Assembly (NCBI RefSeq): GCF_000981445.1
Contig: NC_027217.1
Location: 372,001-436,000 of the forward strand
Source of the DNA: Babesia bigemina
Taxonomy: Eukaryota
Reading direction: 5' to 3'
Length of the DNA: 64,000 nt
Part shown: positions 44,902 to 57,050 of the stretch, in pieces
How positions within the stretch are numbered: position 1 is the first letter of the stretch
Layout: every line of letters starts with the position of its first letter
Made by a program: the position numbers and the translations under genes
The notes under the pieces: generated by a model
The model's input: the letters and a program-made list of their open reading frames with translations, nothing else
Databases searched by the model: none
Told to the model about the DNA's origin: nothing

Positions 44902-46453
44902 CTAAATCAGGTCTGACACGTCCACGCTGCGTATGGTCACTCCCGAAGCGCGTAGCTGCTGCATCGCCTGCAGCAGCCCCTCCAGCAGCACGGGCTTCAG
45001 CCGGTTGTCCTGGATAAACTGCCTCGCCACAACGGGGAAATCGTCGCCGTCGGCGAATGCGCATGTCGCGTAGTCCTTCTCGCCTACTTGAACGTTCAGC
45101 GTGTACATTGCACTGCCGACGTTAATGGGCGGCTGCACCGCCTGCGGGGTGACGGCCACGGGTTCGGGCGTTGGGGAGGGAGAGTGGCGCTGGTGATAGA
45201 CGAATTTGGCGTCCTTAGTGAGTCTGTACTCGGCGTTCGGCACGGTGACGTGGACGGTGACATGGTACACGACATCGTTCTGGTTGCATGTTAGAGTGCT
45301 CTGCGACTGCCTACCTGCAGCTTGCGCAACGTGACTTTCGGGTTGCGTGTGATTACTGTGGATGCGTTCTCCACTATGCCGTTTTTCGTCTCTATCAGGA
45401 TAAGCTTGTACTGGAAGTCGGTAGGCTCCGCTTGGAAAAAATCCCTGAGCTGTGGCGCATCGAGTCCGATCCGCATCTCCACCACCGCGGTGAAGTCGGG
45501 GCCCATTGTGATGTCCACGCTCATGGGATCCGTGCGATTGGGGGGAGCACAGACGTCAGTTGCAGCTTTCGCCGCCGCTTGCGCGGGGTTCACGGGCTTT
45601 AGCTTGCTTTCAAGCTGCTTCCACGACTCTCTGCTACGTGCCGGCAAAGGAGCACTCTCCTTTTGGCGCTTTAACATGTCCCGCGTACGATGCCGAAGTC
45701 GTGCGTTCTCCGTCAGCAGGTCGTGGTTCACCTTCTGTATGGCGTGCAGCCTCAGCACGGCATCTGCGTGCAAATTCGGCATATTATATGGTGCAGCCAT
45801 ACCGTGCTTCATCTTCTCCATGCTGCTTGCGAGCACCCGCAGGCTCTGCAGCGGCATGAACTCCAAATCCGGCTCCATGTTAGCGTCGATGGGCGTACGC
45901 GATCCGCTCTCTGACGTACGGCATAAGCACCGCGCTCCGGTCTTCCGCAGCTTCTATGTTCTGATCCTGCCACTCGCGCTCGTTCAGCTGCCTCAAAGTG
46001 AGTTGCGAGTTGTCGTGTCTAACCTGCTTGGTCAGTGCACCTGCACGGTATTGCGATCAATTCCGCAGAACGTACCTGAGCTGCGCGACAGCTCCTCGAG
46101 GTGATTCGCCAAGTCGCGCGGTCCGAAGTGGCTGTAGGACGAGTGTGGCGGTCACAAACAACACTTACGGCACTGAGAAGTTCACGTCTACGGGGATTGG
46201 CTGGGCAGCCTGCCAGTTGTCCTGCGATCACGTAAGCGACATACACACATCAGCCTACCTGGAAATCCAGTGGGTATAGCGGCAAACTGCTAGGTGTAAA
46301 GCTAGCATTTGAGCGGGACCCTGCCCTGTTCTCCAATTCGATCCTGACTGCGGTCACCACCTAAGGAATCCAGTGATTCATCGGCTCAAGAACGGGCGTG
46401 CAACGTACATGGAACAAAAGGGGAAAAATTAGCATTCTCAACCCAGTCTGCAT
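44902..46453 (-). CDS. Secreted protein resembling blood-stage antigen 41-3, multi-exon
   Basis: Spliced model MQTGLRMLIFPLLFH|VVTAVRI..YPLDFQ|DNWQAAQPIPVDVNFSVP..EDRSAVLMP..PYNMPNLHADAVLRLHAIQ..VDVSDLI*. One junction near 45850-45920 is uncertain, and the family call is from recall. Confidence 0.6.
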
Positions 46454-46592
46454 TTATAAACGTCAGTGCGTCACAAATGTGGAAGTGTGCTGCGTGCGTT
46501 ACCGTCCCGTCGCATGTCGCGGCGGGGATGGACAGGCCTCTTTAGGCCGCGGCCCGCACAGACAGGTGTACGCCGGCAAAAAATCGCGTTTA

Positions 46593-47942
46593 CTATTCGA
46601 AAACCACCACAATCGCGGTGATGTTGTCCGACCTGCGAGATGTGCACCTGAGCTGCTTGAGAGTGTTGTCTATGAGCAAACGGCTCGGATTCTCTCCTGC
46701 TCCGATTAGATCGAACACAACGGCCACCAACCTTTGCGTAGCGCATAGAATACGGTGCTGAAAACCTTCTGACACTCGTTGGCGTCCCAGAGGCCGTCTG
46801 AGGCAAGGATGAGCCCCTTGTGCTGACCCTCCCGGCGAAAAACAGCAATATCGGGCTCGCAGCTCAGCCCAAACGTCTTGAGGTCTTTGCCCTGCAGGCG
46901 TATGAGTTTGGGTGCCTAGCGCGCACGCACAACGCAACGACAGCGATAGCGGCAACCGGATCAGCAACTTCTTCCGCAATGCCGGACGCATCGCTAATGC
47001 ACAGCAGCTCCACCTACCCCAAACGCGCGTGAATACTGTATCTGCATTGGTTGGTCGCCCTTGGCCTTGCGGGCCAAGAAGTCGCCGCCACGCAAAAAGG
47101 GCTTGTTGTGGTGACTCGAGAGGTATTGCACCGACCCACCGGAATCCTGCGGCAGCTTTGAAAGACGCTGTTAAACGCCACAAACCTGAATTCGGCGCCT
47201 TTCCACGGGCATGTTCGGTTTATGGTCGGTGGTGACGAAGCGAGCCAGCACCTGCCCGCCCTCCTCGTAACATAACGAAACGCGACTATCGCCCTGCACG
47301 CATGTTTTGGCGGAATGCTGACTTCACCCACCACATGGGCTACAATGGTGTAGTCGTTGACAAGCAGAACAGTCACGCTAGTGCAGGACGAATAGTGGTT
47401 GTCCTGCTTGCGACAAAGCTCGAGCAGTTCTGCATCGGCGTTGGAGTACATTTTAGATACGGCCAGCACCGCCAGGGCGGGGATTGTAGTTTTGTCATCC
47501 TCGCCAACATCTAGCTGCCTCATTAGGGCAGCCCTGAACACACTTCGCCCACATGACCGCCGCACCCACCACACATCAGTAGACACCAGGTGTCGCACGA
47601 TGATCTTCTGGATAGTATCCGATGCGAAATGCCCTGAAGCGATTGCCCCGCGTACAGCCGTGACTTACCAACTGTGCCGTCGAACACTCCAAAGAACGCG
47701 ACCTGGTTTCCGTTAGTGCCAAGGTTCGGTACCACGATGAAACGGTCTTCTTGCGCCTTCCTATCTCCTGTATGCCGTGTTACGGGAACTCCTCGAGGTA
47801 TCATACCGATTGCCGTGTGTGCGGATACAGAGAAGCCGTCATACTTCGAGTGGCTGATAGGCTGCGTCAGCGCCACGAAAGGGGTGGGTTCCTTGCCGTC
47901 GTATTCGGTGGGCAACAGCGGCTGCATCGCCAAGGCCTCCAT
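46593..47942 (-). CDS. Protein phosphatase 2C (PPM), similar to Toxoplasma TgPP2C, multi-exon
   Basis: RKAQEDRF, FFGVFDGTVG, AHV|GDSR, DHKP, HNKPFLRGGDF..QYSRAFG|GKDLK, LASDGLWD, SDNITA. Confidence 0.92.
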
Positions 47943-48748
47943 TTCTGAGCGCACGCGCTACACACCAGTACAGCATCTAAACGCCGCGCAAATGCGCAGT
48001 CACGCCGAGCCGCAGATGACGTTTATTGCTGGCGTTGTCACCAATGCGGTTATGTGACTCGTGCCGCCTGGCTCGGTAGGCAGTTCATCACACCGAATGC
48101 AGGTTGGTTACACACTGAAACGTGTTTATTGAGATGTACACTATTTCAGGGGCTGGCACGTGCGTGTACGCGACCCCAGCGCCCAGCAGGATTGGGCGCA
48201 AGGGTGACGGCGCTTGGAGTCAACGTCCCCCTCGGAAGCGAGTTTGCAGCGCTTGAAATATATTGCGCGAATGTGATTAGTGTGTATTACGGTAGAAGGT
48301 GGTGCAAACGTGGCTGGAATGTATCGGTGTAACTCCGCGTGTCAGTGGCCCAGTGATGTGTGCTGCTGTTGGAGACTGAGAATTAGAGGCGGTTTTGCCA
48401 GACGAAAGAGGCACATAGTTACCGTACACGCCTAGAATGCAGTTTTCCTCGCTAACATGACGTTGTCTGCTTCCGCTTTAGCCTTTTTACAGCCTGCGCC
48501 GCCGCGGATTCTTGGGCGCTACACATGACCGACAACAAGCCCCTGCAATGACCTCACGACGGTTATAGACTCACACATAATGTCGAAATAGCATATTGAT
48601 TAGTATTAGGGCCCTATGGCGTCACACATATAGGCTTTTCGACACGATCTAATTGTCTTATCGTTCTGCCTCGCAGGCGACATCAGGTCCGCCTACCGCG
48701 GCGGCCGGCTAAGCGGATAGCACGGCGACCTCACTGCTCCACTGCACG

Positions 48749-51700
48749 ATGCACATTGAGTCGATCATATTGGATGGCTTCAAAAGCTACTCCACTCGCA
48801 CGGTGATAGGGCCGCTGGATCCACACTTCAACGCGGTCACGGGACTTAATGGCAGCGGCAAGTCGAATGTGCTGGACAGCCTCTGTTTCTGCCTCGGCAT
48901 CTCCGATCTGTCCTGCGTGCGCGCGAGCAAATTGGACGACCTGATCTACAAGCAGGGTCAGGCGGGAATCACGAAGGCGACGGTGACGGTCGTGCTAAAT
49001 AATCTGCGGCAGCCGAGTCCGCTGCCTGACGCCTATCGCAAGATGCCCGAGGTCACCATCACCAGGCAAATCGCGCTTGGGGGCCGGAACCGCTACTTCC
49101 TCAACGGCCACCCATCCACGCCGAAGGCCATTGCCGACTTCTTCCAGTGCGCCCGCATGAACGTGAACAACCCGCGGTTCCTCATCATGCAGGGGCGGGT
49201 CACCAAGGTCGTCAACATGCGGCCGAAGGAGCTCCTCGCGCTCATCGAGGAGGCGTCGGGCACCCGCATATACGAAAACAAGAGGGCCGCTGCCATGAGG
49301 CTCATACAGCGCAAGAACCAGAAGCTCGAGGAGATCGACACGATCGTGAGGGAGGAGATAGAGCCGCAGATGAAACGGCTGAAGAACGATTGCGACAACT
49401 ACATCAGGTGGAGCAACGCCAAGGAGGAGTCGGCGAGGCTCGAGCGGTTCGACGTCGCGCACAAGTACTGGGTGGCCAAGAACCGGGCGTCGACCAGCGC
49501 GACGCGTCAAGAGGAGGTCATCGCCGAAAAATCCGCGATGCAACAGGACCTATCGGCGCTGGAGGAAAGGCATGCACAATTGCAGCTGCTATTCAACCAG
49601 AAACGCGCCGAAATCGAACGTGGAAACGTTCCGGTGTCGGAGCTGCAGCGCCACAGAGACACGTTGGCCGCCGATATTGCGAAGATGAAGACGGACGTCA
49701 CCCTCCTGCAGAGCGACGTCGACGAGCTGCAAAGCGCAGCCCAAGAGGCAAGGCAGGACATCGCAAACGCATCGCGTGACCTACAAGCACGACAGAAGGC
49801 CTCGCAAGGTGAGGCCGATGCTATATCGCAACTGAATGAGACGCTCAAGAGGAACAAGGCGAAGGTGGCTGAGCTAGAGGCCGCTCTGGGGCTGGTGACC
49901 GCGGCGCCAGCAAAACCCGGCGCCAAAACTGTCGGTGGATCTAGGCAGCACCAGTTGAAGGACATGAAATCCGAGCTCGTGCGGCTGGAAGCGGAAGAAG
50001 CCGCCATCACGAACTTCGTGGGCCACACCGAGCGCGAGATCGCCGAGCACAGGAGCCGCGCAGCTGCACTGGCCGCTGAGATGCGAAACTTCGAGAGAAA
50101 CCGAGAGGAAACGCAGTTGCAAAGGGACAGAGTGGCTGAGAGATATGATTCCGCCAAAGCGGAACTTGACCGTAATGGCGGGGAGAGGGCAGTAACTGAC
50201 ATGGAACGTCGGTTACGTGAACTCCGTGAGAAACGCGATCGCACGACGGAAATGGTTCACATGTTAGAAGCGGACCTCAACAGATCACGCACGCGATGTA
50301 ACGTGCCCGCGCACCTGGGCAGCCGGAGCATGACCGATCTTAAGGCGCCATACTACGGGCAGGCTTTCGAGCTGGTGCACCTCAAACCGCATCGCCAAGA
50401 GCAAGTTGCGCTGCCTGTGCACCTGCTCTTCCAGTTCAAACTGTACTACCTAGTTGCACGGGACAAGGAATGCGCAAAGGCCATTTTAGAGCACAACAGG
50501 TTCTCAAGGCACACACAGAAAGTCACGGTGCTGCCACTCAACGACACCATGGTCGGCAGGGTGGCCTCCGAGCAGGACGTGCAGCACTGCCGCACACTTG
50601 TGGGCGCAGCTGCCAACGACGCCGACACTGTCGCGGGGTACATGGACATACTCGATTTCGACCCCAAATTCACCAAGCTCGCCAGGTACATCGCCGGCAA
50701 TGCGCTCATCTGCAGCACCAGCGAGATCGCACGCAAAATCGCTTACCAACAGGACCGATCCCGAGCGTTCCGCACTGCAACTCTGCAGGGCGACAAATTC
50801 GATGTTGGCGGGTCGATGTCCGGGGGGTCGAACAGGGGAATGCACATGGTGCTCCTGGTGGCCAGCCGCCTGCGAGACGCTCAGCAGCAGCTGAACGCCC
50901 TCAACACCGAATACGCTACCCTGCAAGGCGCATTAAAAGCAGCGAACGGCGCTCTAACTCTGCACGATGATTTGAAAAGGCAACTGGAAATCTGTAATAG
51001 CAACCTCAGGAGCATCAACGAACGCATCGACAGTTTCGCAGCCACCACAGCGATGCGCCGGGTGGACGAGCTCCAGAAGGCCATCCATGAAAAACGTGAA
51101 CTTATGGGCGCGTTGAGCACTCAAAAGCGTGACCTGGAAAGAAAAATTCAGGAATTCGAGGCGGACCTGGTCGATTGGGAGCAGAATCGTGCGAAGAAGG
51201 AGGGCGAGGCGAAGGTGGAACTGAAACGCTTGAAAGCAGAAATCAGGAAAGATACACAAGCGTTGGACCAAATGAGTCAGGCCATGTCAGCCGTGCAACT
51301 CGAACAAGATCACCTGCAACGCCGTGTGGCCACTGCCGAGGAGGAGCTGGTTCAGAAAACTAACGCAGCGTCTGCGCTGCAACAGAAAATATCGGATATG
51401 CAAGGAACGTTGTCTCGTCGCGGTTCGGAGTTAGCCGAGGTCGACTCGCAGTTGGCGGAGGCCACTCGTCAGCTCTGTGACTCACAGGAAGAGGTTAGTC
51501 GTCTGCAGCGTGACCTCGAGGGCATAAACCAAAAGAAGACTCAGCTAACCCTGAGTCTTAAAAAGCTGGAATACACGCTGCAAGAGGTGGAAAAGGATGA
51601 GCAAGACGCCCTGCTGGTCGCCGATAAGTTGCTGCGGGACAACCCGTGGATCGTTGCCGAGGAGGAAAACTTCAACCGCCGTGGCACCACCTTCGACTTC

Positions 51701-52390
51701 AGCAACATCAGGCTGGAAACGGTGACAAAGCGCCTTAACGAGCTGCAGCAGTTGCGCCACGACCTCGCACGCCGCGTCAACCGCAAGGCGCAGCAACTGT
51801 ACGAGAAGATGGAGGGCGACTACCGCGACTTGATGCAGAAGAAACGCAAGGTGGAGGAGGACCGCGACAAGATACACAGCGTCATAGCCGAACTCGACGT
51901 GAAGAAGCACGAGAACATAAACGAGATCTTCCGAACCGTCACGCGCTACTTCGCTGACATCTTCCACGTGCTGCTCTCCAACGCCGAGGCGAAGCTGGTG
52001 CCTGTTGACGGCGACATAACCAACGGCATTGAGATGAAGGTCGGGTTTAATGGCGCGTGGAAGAACTCGCTGGCCGAGCTGTCTGGAGGACAGAGATCGC
52101 TCTTGGCATTGTCTCTAATCCTTGCAATGCTCAAAGTCCGGCCGGCGCCCATCTACATTCTCGACGAGGTCGACGCCGCACTCGACCTCAGCCACACTCA
52201 GAATATCGGCAAAATGATCAAGACCCAGTTTCCAAACTCACAATTTCTCATTGTCAGCCTCAAAGAAGGCATGTTCTCCAACGCCAATGTGCTATTCAGG
52301 ACTCGCTTCGTCGACGGGGCGTCCACCATTGTGCGCCATGCCCTACACGATAAGCAAGGGACGAAGAGACACAAAGACGGGAACGCGTAA
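48749..52390 (+). CDS. SMC2: Condensin subunit SMC2
   Basis: DGFKSY, TGLNGSGKSN, DLIYKQGQAGITKA, NVNNPRFLIMQGR, hinge region, ELSGGQRSL, LDEVDAALDLSHTQNIG. Confidence 0.97.
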   Translation: MHIESIILDGFKSYSTRTVIGPLDPHFNAVTGLNGSGKSNVLDSLCFCLGISDLSCVRASKLDDLIYKQGQAGITKATVTVVLNNLRQPSPLPDAYRKMPEVTITRQIALGGRNRYFLNGHPSTPKAIADFFQCARMNVNNPRFLIMQGRVTKVVNMRPKELLALIEEASGTRIYENKRAAAMRLIQRKNQKLEEIDTIVREEIEPQMKRLKNDCDNYIRWSNAKEESARLERFDVAHKYWVAKNRASTSATRQEEVIAEKSAMQQDLSALEERHAQLQLLFNQKRAEIERGNVPVSELQRHRDTLAADIAKMKTDVTLLQSDVDELQSAAQEARQDIANASRDLQARQKASQGEADAISQLNETLKRNKAKVAELEAALGLVTAAPAKPGAKTVGGSRQHQLKDMKSELVRLEAEEAAITNFVGHTEREIAEHRSRAAALAAEMRNFERNREETQLQRDRVAERYDSAKAELDRNGGERAVTDMERRLRELREKRDRTTEMVHMLEADLNRSRTRCNVPAHLGSRSMTDLKAPYYGQAFELVHLKPHRQEQVALPVHLLFQFKLYYLVARDKECAKAILEHNRFSRHTQKVTVLPLNDTMVGRVASEQDVQHCRTLVGAAANDADTVAGYMDILDFDPKFTKLARYIAGNALICSTSEIARKIAYQQDRSRAFRTATLQGDKFDVGGSMSGGSNRGMHMVLLVASRLRDAQQQLNALNTEYATLQGALKAANGALTLHDDLKRQLEICNSNLRSINERIDSFAATTAMRRVDELQKAIHEKRELMGALSTQKRDLERKIQEFEADLVDWEQNRAKKEGEAKVELKRLKAEIRKDTQALDQMSQAMSAVQLEQDHLQRRVATAEEELVQKTNAASALQQKISDMQGTLSRRGSELAEVDSQLAEATRQLCDSQEEVSRLQRDLEGINQKKTQLTLSLKKLEYTLQEVEKDEQDALLVADKLLRDNPWIVAEEENFNRRGTTFDFSNIRLETVTKRLNELQQLRHDLARRVNRKAQQLYEKMEGDYRDLMQKKRKVEEDRDKIHSVIAELDVKKHENINEIFRTVTRYFADIFHVLLSNAEAKLVPVDGDITNGIEMKVGFNGAWKNSLAELSGGQRSLLALSLILAMLKVRPAPIYILDEVDAALDLSHTQNIGKMIKTQFPNSQFLIVSLKEGMFSNANVLFRTRFVDGASTIVRHALHDKQGTKRHKDGNA

Positions 52391-53305
52391 CGTGTTTCAC
52401 GGTCAATGTCTTGATAACTTGAAGTATCGTAGTAGCAGTATTACCATAGAAACATGTAACGGATATGCGACATTTTTATTATTGTGTTCTCTTATTATTA
52501 TGTTATCTCATCTTATAGTGTGCTATGTGGCTACGTGCCTTGGGCCGGTTTTCGTGTTTGCGGGGCTACGCTCTCACGCTGATACTGGTTGCAGGATCCA
52601 CGTCGGTCCGTTGCCGATCGTCACTGAAGCCATCCATGCAGGCATCCATCCAGGTTGGGCTCGAGGTTAGTTGGCCGAGTCAATCTTCTGTGGGTTTCAC
52701 GTCAATCTTCGCAACGTATGGGTTTGTTGCTCTAACATCCCGTTGCATGTAGTGATTTATGCGATCCGATATGCTAAGTGCTAGTAGATGCATATTATAA
52801 TATCGTTTCACGATTCCTTTCCACGTCACAACATTTGGTACAACCATGGAACATGTCCGATCCTTTAAGAGGTACGGACGCCTTTCACGCTCCTATGGCA
52901 TTGTCTCCACAACGTTATATGCGCTGTAAATCTCTATATCGAGAATGGTGATAGCCTTGCGATGACAATGTATCGCCAATAATGGGTGTCTTGTTGAGAA
53001 ATTTCTCGGGAAGGGCAACGATGCCTCATGTAATAATTTTCTTGTTATAGTGTGCATCTTAATTTTTATCAATAGTAGAACGCAACCATTACTGTCCACT
53101 ATAGTGACTACATTTCTTAGTCCCGTTTATTTAAGGAAAATTCTTCCGTAACAAGGCAGCTAGCTGGGGCGATGGAATCTTCACTGCCACTGCTTGAAAA
53201 ATCACCGGCTGCCTTAGTAGTTAATCCATATGCTCATGCGTTATAGGTTGGTGGAAAGCCATTTTACTGCGGATTATTGTCTATAGTTGTACGCAAAATA
53301 TAAGC

Positions 53306-56179
53306 ATGGCCAAATTTATGGGACTACCGTTGGCAGTTTGCGCAATAAGTCTCCACTTTTTTGGATTCATAGATGCAGTGGAATATGATTTCTTAAATAG
53401 TATGACCTCTTTGAATACCAATGCCCTAGTTGTATTCCAGATAAACATGGATGACATTGGGATTGCAACTCTGGCATGCCCACGCCAAGTCAACGGTACT
53501 GAGTATGTATGGCATCCCCAACCAACCGCTGATCATGACGTCAGTCTCAAAACCTATGTGATTGAAGATGGCAAGTTTCACTCCGTCCCTTTTTCGAAGG
53601 TAGTGGTCACCGAAGCACCACTCCCATATGGTTGGAAAGTGTCAAAGGAGTCGCAAGCTGAGTTGCATATTGATCTGATGGATGACCATATATATGCCAT
53701 TACTGAAGAACGTTTGGCGTTCATTTGTGGTCCTAGAAATTTGGTATTGAGTGATGCGCTGCAAGCCCGACTTGCTCGCCTACGGGAGATTGATGAAAGA
53801 GACGGTTATTTATGGGATTCGACAGCACTATTACTTGACGAAATAGACAAGATAGGGAAGAGTCTGGGGGTGATATACTTGCACAGAGGCCTCAAGCACA
53901 AACTTCTGCAGGGCTGCGGAAGCCGCCCCTCGAAACTCTTTGCTCCAGATGATGACGTGGCTGTAGACCCCATCACGAACACACGATCGTGTGTGGTAGA
54001 TCCGGTGTCGGAATCGCCCATCGGTTTTATTTGTCAAGGGCGTATTGAACCTGATGATTGCATGAGGTATCTCTTGGACAGTACGGGCAGAGTCGTGACT
54101 GCTCCTACACCACATTTATATAGGAATTTAGATAATCGTGAAAAATGGGTTATTGCGCAATATTTTAATGGCGTAGCATTACCCCGTTTCAACGGCGAAT
54201 GCCGATGCATAGATCCTGGGACTGGTCACGTGAAGGCAAGGATAGAGGTCCGTTGGAAAACTGAATACATTTGTGACATAACCAGCATGATTGCCCGTAA
54301 CAGGTTCAATCCTATTCGTGGGCCGTGGTGTTCAGTGATGCTACATCCGGGTGCTACGTTGACCATAAAGTTGCCAAAACAGACAGTCAAGTCGATTCCT
54401 ACTAACGAGGAATTCGAAGAAGACGGCGATATTGACGAGGATGCTTTGAGAGTCCCATACTCGCAACTTCCATCTACACATGCATATGAAAGTGAATTCA
54501 AGCCGGACACGGAGTTGACGCTACGCCAAATACAAACACTTTATGACATCAATGATTACGACGAAATTTTCATCCACGAAGCATATACTGGCGGCGCTCT
54601 TGAGGTAGATGTATCCCAAATGGAGAGAGGAGAGGTGAAACTAAAGTACCGTATGGACAGACCCCTGGCGTTAAGAAAAGGATACAACTCGTTCTTATAT
54701 CATTGGACAGTCATATCTAGGAACGAATACATTATCGAGAAGATACGCGCTGTGGTGAACGTCTCACTTGCGCCTACTTATCGCTACAATATTATTGGTT
54801 GTGACAGATGGAGACCAAGTATGTTTGATCCGGCAAAGGATTTTGGCTCTGTTACAATTAGAGACATGCGGAATGGTATAGGGGAAACATATGAATGGCT
54901 GTTAGATGTCAGTAGTGGCGAGGAGCAAGCCGGCATTCGATGTGGTCCCAATGAGGATCTGCTTCCAAACAATTGCGAATCCACAGGATACGATCTTTCC
55001 TCCAATCAGATTGCGCCATTTCCTACATCTGTGCGCAATGCCACACATTACCCAATTCGAGGATTTCAGGTATTCGAGATGAGCTTCCAAAATGTCCCCG
55101 TCAGTCACGCTTGTAGTTGTGTTGATGTAAGTGGATACGAGACATCTAGACTTATTTTAAAATCCAACCGTCGTGAGGAGTATGAGTATACAGTAAGACG
55201 TGAAGACGCAAATCAAAGGTTGCTGCCTTACTCATTACTTCCCCTGATCGAGGTGGCATATGTATACGCCAATATAACTCCTATGCGATCAGTAATGCTA
55301 CACAACGCACCCCAGATACCTATAAAATTACATTCGGGAACAGAATTCATCATGCGATGTGTTCTTGATGGAGGGTTGTACGACGATGAGAATAACGCCG
55401 GCGCAATACCTATCTGGTTACCATATTATACTGGATTCAACCATTACAAAGTAGACACGACCGCAAAAGGAGATATGCTAATTCCAATGCGAAACGAAGA
55501 TAGAATCGCTGGCACAAAAGGTGGAATCGAGATCATTATGTTAGAAGACAACAATCAATATAGTGATTTTACAATAAAATCCAATAGCGGCGCAATTTTG
55601 GTATCTAGAGATCCAGATCACTCGGAGTACGTGTCAATGACATTCGTTTGCGGTAAGGAGTTTTCAGAATCAGATTTTGATCAAAGCATCAATGACGTAT
55701 CTGCAGCTGACATTCCCCTGACTTTAACGTTGTTGGAGGAATACACGTGGAACGTAGTTCAAATTGACGTAGAGATGACGGACCCATACATACAAGGGTG
55801 CGGAATAACTGACTCAAGAGATACGTTATTCAAGCCCGAGACACCCAACATATACGACGCTGACGGAGGAGAAATCGGTTGCAAAATCGACATTCAGACC
55901 GCTAAGGAAGCAGCATTCTACTGCCCGGCGCCGTACGTACTCGACCCACCCAACTGCTTCGACCAAGTGTTAGTGGAGGGTGAAGTGATGAACCTAAGCG
56001 AGGTCAGCTATTCGTTGGTAGCGTCTCGAACTAATCACTTTGTCACGCTGGAGTTCGACGGCAAGGTAGTAGGAGCTGGGGAGACCCTTCGCCAGTCGCC
56101 GCCACTTGAATGCCGCTGCGTCACTATCAAGGGCATCGTTCTCTCCACCATCCAGGTTGAGAACTATTACGCGAAGTAA
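53306..56179 (+). CDS. Secreted multi-domain 6-Cys (s48/45)-like protein, 957 aa
   Basis: Signal peptide followed by repeated s48/45-like Cys patterns (QGCG..C..GFIC..EPDDC..ECRC; IGCD..GIRC..PNNC..ACSC; QGCG..GCKID..FYCP..PPNCFDQV..ECRC). No C-terminal hydrophobic anchor. Confidence 0.85.
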   Translation: MAKFMGLPLAVCAISLHFFGFIDAVEYDFLNSMTSLNTNALVVFQINMDDIGIATLACPRQVNGTEYVWHPQPTADHDVSLKTYVIEDGKFHSVPFSKVVVTEAPLPYGWKVSKESQAELHIDLMDDHIYAITEERLAFICGPRNLVLSDALQARLARLREIDERDGYLWDSTALLLDEIDKIGKSLGVIYLHRGLKHKLLQGCGSRPSKLFAPDDDVAVDPITNTRSCVVDPVSESPIGFICQGRIEPDDCMRYLLDSTGRVVTAPTPHLYRNLDNREKWVIAQYFNGVALPRFNGECRCIDPGTGHVKARIEVRWKTEYICDITSMIARNRFNPIRGPWCSVMLHPGATLTIKLPKQTVKSIPTNEEFEEDGDIDEDALRVPYSQLPSTHAYESEFKPDTELTLRQIQTLYDINDYDEIFIHEAYTGGALEVDVSQMERGEVKLKYRMDRPLALRKGYNSFLYHWTVISRNEYIIEKIRAVVNVSLAPTYRYNIIGCDRWRPSMFDPAKDFGSVTIRDMRNGIGETYEWLLDVSSGEEQAGIRCGPNEDLLPNNCESTGYDLSSNQIAPFPTSVRNATHYPIRGFQVFEMSFQNVPVSHACSCVDVSGYETSRLILKSNRREEYEYTVRREDANQRLLPYSLLPLIEVAYVYANITPMRSVMLHNAPQIPIKLHSGTEFIMRCVLDGGLYDDENNAGAIPIWLPYYTGFNHYKVDTTAKGDMLIPMRNEDRIAGTKGGIEIIMLEDNNQYSDFTIKSNSGAILVSRDPDHSEYVSMTFVCGKEFSESDFDQSINDVSAADIPLTLTLLEEYTWNVVQIDVEMTDPYIQGCGITDSRDTLFKPETPNIYDADGGEIGCKIDIQTAKEAAFYCPAPYVLDPPNCFDQVLVEGEVMNLSEVSYSLVASRTNHFVTLEFDGKVVGAGETLRQSPPLECRCVTIKGIVLSTIQVENYYAK

Positions 56180-56349
56180 TTGGCAGCTAAGATATGGCAA
56201 CTTGTCGATGTGTTGTGGCAATATATTTGCGTGTGTCATTTTTTTCTGTTAATTGGTGTATACAAGTAGCGGCGTCGTTGTCGTTTCAAATGAGATGACC
56301 ATGATTAATAAATCACTGGATTAATTTTGTGTTCCCACAGCTGTGTATG

Positions 56350-57050
56350 ACCCTTGATAATTTTACTGTGCCCTATGGGAAACATGGATTGCAACCAGGC
56401 ATCATCATTTACTGGTTGCACAACTGTTCAGCATACCCTTTGACGCTGCCAACGTTCTTTTGGGCATCAGAGTTTTCATTTTTAGGTGCACTCCGTTTCG
56501 CTGTCACCTTAATCTTCCCAACTTCTCTTTTATTATTTTATAAATGTTGAAAAAAATTCTCGTTATTCCGCTTTTAGGTTACGGAAATTCCCACCAAGCT
56601 CCCCCAAAATTGACTCAACTTGTTGGATAGCAGTGTTGATGGGCTCTTGTATCTGAGACCTAAACTTAGTTTGAAGCGCCTTTCCAATCTTCTGAATGGT
56701 AAAATCACTACCAGTAACGTTTTCTAACCCATACAACTTGTCTGCAAGCGTTTTCAAATGATGATCAGCAAGCTGATGATTCTCTTCACTGCTTTCCACA
56801 CCCTCTTTAAGGTCACTTATCTTCCGCTTCAACGACTTCAAATTCTCTTTCGCCAAAGAACCCAACTTGAAAACTCCCATTCGAAATCTGCTTCCGAAGC
56901 CTTTTCTTAATTTCATCTGTGGCACTATTAATACCTTCTTGAGACTTATGTCCATTCCGATAACAGCTGCCACTGCCGATTTGACGTACAATTCAGCGGT
57001 TTACCCACCTTGCTCAACTATTCCATTAAGCTGCAACCTCCTACGTATCC
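56350..57050 (-). pseudogene. Degraded fragment of a large ves-related (ves2/'ebh-like') coiled-coil gene
   Basis: AVIGMDISLKK..LAKENLKSLKRKI..LQTKFRSQIQEPINTAIQQV..LGELGGNF, flanked by in-frame stops. Family is from recall and boundaries are approximate. Confidence 0.5.
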
